From Macrostomum lignano (taxonomy: Eukaryota): DNA of 64,000 bases. The position numbers were made by a program, and so were the translations under genes. The notes beneath the pieces were generated by a model. That model saw only the letters and a program-made list of their open reading frames with translations, did no database searches and was not told where the DNA came from. Location of the stretch: the NCBI GenBank assembly GCA_002269645.1, contig NIVC01001453.1, positions 47,565-111,564 on the forward strand, given 5' to 3'. Positions within the stretch are counted from its first letter, which is position 1, and each line of letters starts with the position of its first letter. Positions 60,013-64,000 of the stretch are shown piece after piece.

Positions 60013-63000
60013 TCAAGCAGACGTCAACGGTTCAGCAGCTTCTTCTGCGGCCTCTTCTAGAGACGGCGGCGTCTTCTTGCGAGATGTTGCAGAATTACCG
60101 GCAGCAGCTTTGTTGCCATGACAACAGCAATCCCGAGCCCAACGATAAATAGCCGGATAAATGGACAAGATCAGCAGATTAGAGACTAGCACGAATATGC
60201 CAGAGTAAATGAAGGCTCGATCGTAGTTAGAATCCGAGTCGCGCATATGGCCTACAGTGTGTTTGTGTTGATATGATGCAGGTTTTGGTAGACAGTACAG
60301 GTTTTAACGTTTAAACTCTAATGGGCGATCTTGAAATAACGATAAAACTTAAGTAACTTAGGATATTTTTCAGATACCACATGTCAATCAAAAAATGACG
60401 ACCTCCATAAATATTGATACTTCAGCAGTGTCAACAAACTTTAAATGACATGTGGCAATCATTAAAAAGGTGTTTGCCACTGTTCCAACTCGCAGGATAC
60501 AAAAGCCAAGTCAAAAGTTTAGCTGCTAGAAGGTCAATGCTTTATCTAATCAATGTCGGACATAGGACTCTGTATTTACGTGTCTGCCTGGCTTCAACTC
60601 TCAGGAGTGGTCAAGGTTCAGAAACTGTAACCTAATAAAAACTCTACTATGCAACCAGGCATTCGATAAGAAACACAAATGCTGCATTGTTATTAATACA
60701 AAGATATCGCTACACCTAAAGGATCGCTCGTGTCCTGATCCACTGCCTTGGAATAATTTCTGATCCAACCTGAGATTCACTCCTGATCTACCCTGAGAAT
60801 CACCCCTGATCCGCCCCTGAGAATCACTCCTAATCCATCCTGAGAATCACTCCTGATCTGCCCCCTGAGAATCACTCCTGATTCACCCTGAGAATCACTC
60901 CTGATCCACCCTGAGAATCACTCCTGATCCACCCTGAGAATCACTCTTGATCTGCCCCCCCCCCCTGAGAATCACTTCTGATCCACCCTGAGAATCACTT
61001 CTGATCCACCCTGAGAATCACTTCTGATCCACCATGAGAATCACTCCTGATCCACCCTGAGAATCACTCCTAATCCACCCTGAGAATCACTCCTAATCCA
61101 TCCTGAGAATCACCCCTGATCTGCCCCCTGAGAATCACTCCTGATCCACCCTGAGAATCACTCTTGATCTGCCCCCCCCCTGAGAATCACTCCTGATCCA
61201 CCCTGAGAATCACTCCTAATCCATCCTGAGAATCACTTCTGATCCACCCTGAGAATCACTCCTGATCCACCCTGAGAATCACTCCTGATCCACCCTGAGA
61301 ATCACTCCTAATCCACCCTGAGAATCACTCCTAATCCATCCTGAGAATCACCCCTGATCTGCCCCCTGAGAATCACTCCTGATCCACCCTGAGAATCACT
61401 TCTGATCCACCCTGAGAATCACTCCTGATCCACCCTGAGAATCACTCCTGATCCACCCTGAGAATCACTCCTGATCCACCCTGAGAATCACTCCTAATCC
61501 ATCCTGAGAATCACTCCTGATCTGCCCCCTGAGAATCACTCCTGATTCACCCTGAGAATCACTCCTGATCCACCCTGAGAATCACTTCTGTTCCACCCTG
61601 AGAATCACTCCTGATCCACCCTGAGAATCACTTCTGATCCACCCTGAGAATCACTCTTGATCTGCCCCCTGAGAATCACTTCTGATCCACCCTGAGAATC
61701 ACTCCTGATCCACCCTGAGAATCACTCCTAATCCACCCTGAGAATCACTCCTAATCCATCCTGAGAATCACCCCTGATCTGCCCCCTGAGAATCACTCCT
61801 GATCCACCCTGAGAATCACTCTTGATCTGCCCCCCCCCCCCTGAGAATCACACCTGATCTGCCCCCTGAGAATCACTCCTGATCTGCCCCCTGAGAATCA
61901 CTCCTAATCCACCCTGAGAATCACTCCTAATCCACCCTGAGAATCACTCCTGATCGGCCCCTGACAATCACTCTTGATCCATCCTGAGAATCACTCCTGA
62001 TCCACCCTGACAATTACTCCTAATCCATCCTGAGAATCACTTCTAATCCATTCTGAGAATCACTCCTAATCCACCCTGAGAATCACCCCTAATCCACCCT
62101 GAGAATCACTCCTGATCGGCCCCTGACAATCACTCCTGATCCATCCTGAGAATCACTCCTGATCGGCCCCTGACAATCACTCCTGATCCATCCTGAGAAT
62201 CACTCCTGATCGGCCCCTGACAATCACTCCTGATCCATCCTGAGAATCACTTCTGATCGGCCCCTGACAATCACTCCTGATCCATCCTGAGAATCACCCC
62301 TGATCCGCCCCTGAGAATCACTCCTGATCCGCCTTTTAAGAATCACTCCTGATCTCCCTGAGAATCAGCCAAAATCGACATCTAGGAGAATCACCCTAAA
62401 AACCGCTCATTGGACAATGTGGATCGCGTTAGAGCACTCAAGAGAAACACAGTGCAGACAAATTACCCATAGCAGGCGGTCCAACTAAGTTAGCGAATCC
62501 TTGGAAGAACATCATCAAACCGTAACCAGTGGTTAGCCGATCAATGCCGAACAAATCGATGATCACAATGGAGCACAAGGCGTAGTTGGCGCTAACTAGG
62601 AAGCCGTATAATATACCGTAGACTAGCAGGCTGGCAAGACTGTGACACCAGGGCACAAGGAAATTGGCCACGCCGGTTAAGCTCATGCACAGCGCGTACA
62701 ACAGTACAGTGTTCACTCGTGGAAAATCGCCAATATAGCCAATAACAATCTGGCCAATGGTATTGGACACTCCAATTAAAGCGATAATTAAGCTAACTTC
62801 GCCATCGCTCAGGCCAATCTCCTTGGCGTGATCCGGCATGAACGTATAAGTGATGTCGTACCAAAAGTACAACAGGAAATTCGACGCCAAAAATGACAAG
62901 TAATTCCAGGAGGTAAATAGAAATTTTGTGTCCTTAAATGATTTCGAATCCAGTACGCTGCGTTTTAATTTGCTTAGCATGGACACCTTGACCTGGGCGG

Positions 63001-64000
63001 GGTCGGCTAACCTGATTGTGCCGATTGGATGGAGGCAGCCGGCCAAACTCCGGACAGGAGTCCCACAATTCAATTTGCATAGCCGTGCTGAACGAGCGCG
63101 AGTGTGCTGCATAAAGTAGCGCCTATCAACTGGGAACAGCTGACGCCTAACCGTCTGAGAAGCTGTGTTCAATCTCGGCCTGGAAGCCTGATGCAGCTGT
63201 TGCTGATTAGACGGCTGCTGAGGAAGCTGAGGCAGGTGGAGTACAAAGAAAATTGCCTACTCTCGTCTTCCTCTTCGCACTGTTGCTGTTGCTGCTGCCT
63301 CTGTTGCTCTTGCTGATGCTTAAACTTCATACCGTCTTTTCTGCTGTTCGCCTTAAACATTTGCTGATTGCCTAACGCTGTGTTTTCGTCAGTTTTAGCG
63401 ACTGCGGCGGCTGCTGCGGCAACGGGATGCTTGTCGTTAGAGTGGACGGTGGCCGCGGAGTTGTCGGTGAAACCAGCAGCGAGACGCTGCAAGTAGCCCA
63501 GTTTAAGACTGGCTATAAGATGTTTCTCATCTGGCACCGGCGGTGCATTGGTTGAGACGGCGAAACGCTTAGAATCCGGTTGAACCCGACAAGCGGCTGG
63601 TGATTTGGACAGCTCAGCGCTCAAGTAAAGTCGGTATGGACAGCAGAGACTTGGCCGGAGCCACTGGTGACGCTCCGACAAAACCGCCTACGGGCCAACA
63701 GCGCGCCAGCGTCGAGAGGTCGGCGACCCGCTCTGCGACGAATCTGGCGACGATGTTGAAGGCGCTAACGAAGAAGATGGCGAATTGCTAGCATTGCCAA
63801 GTTTACCCTCGCGCCTCTACCGATGGCTCCGCCGCCATTTATAGCACTATTATGATTGGCCTCGTTAGCCTGCTGGAACTGCACGTACAATCGCTTCATT
63901 CGTTTCATCTCTTTGAAGTTTTCCGGCTGCAACGGTCGATAGAGTGCGCCGCAGACGCCACAAGTTTAACAATATTTCCGCCAATAATTAGAAAACTACC
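60013..64000 (-). CDS. SLC16/MCT monocarboxylate transporter (MFS), 5'-truncated by the window; apparent frameshifts in TM6 and the central loop
   Basis: Last exon 60251-60013 (ctgtag|GC, G-HMRDSDSNYDRAFIYSG). Intron donor ATG G|gtaatt at 62466. TM7-11 lie in ORF 62438-63172 (YFWYDITYTFMPDHA, IGVSNTIGQIVIGYIGD, YGILYG, GPPAMG). The TM6 motif GSFLIIGG/ILLNL/CVCGALYRPL at 64000-63930 is split over three frames. Confidence 0.85.
60770..62360. repeat. 23-bp minisatellite (CCCTGAGAATCACTCCTGATCCA)n
   Basis: Last MCT intron. Confidence 0.95.

Overview
Eukaryotic (metazoan) genomic DNA. GC-rich exons sit between introns that each carry their own tandem repeat, a style I associate with the flatworm Macrostomum (inference, not verified). 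I assembled five intron-containing genes by hand from GT-AG boundaries and phase continuity. (1) + strand coiled-coil protein ending in Rab11-FIP RBD-like motifs (7929-12014). (2) - strand otopetrin proton channel (14646-20614). (3) + strand, highly divergent SLC9/NHE-like protein lacking the GESLLND motif (23517-30432). (4) - strand full-length ABCC1/MRP1-type ABC exporter (31736 to about 53793). (5) - strand SLC16/MCT transporter, cut off at the window end and frameshifted in its 5' part (60013-64000). The main discovery is in the ABCC gene: four tandem, homologous, highly diverged, phase-identical (1 to 0) exons at 34910-38395 encode the TM13-loop-TM14-TM15 segment of TMD2. They look like a mutually exclusive exon cassette. 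A roughly 28-bp long-range intronic RNA duplex could loop out the last variant. Most long ORFs in the supplied track are translations of tandem repeats.
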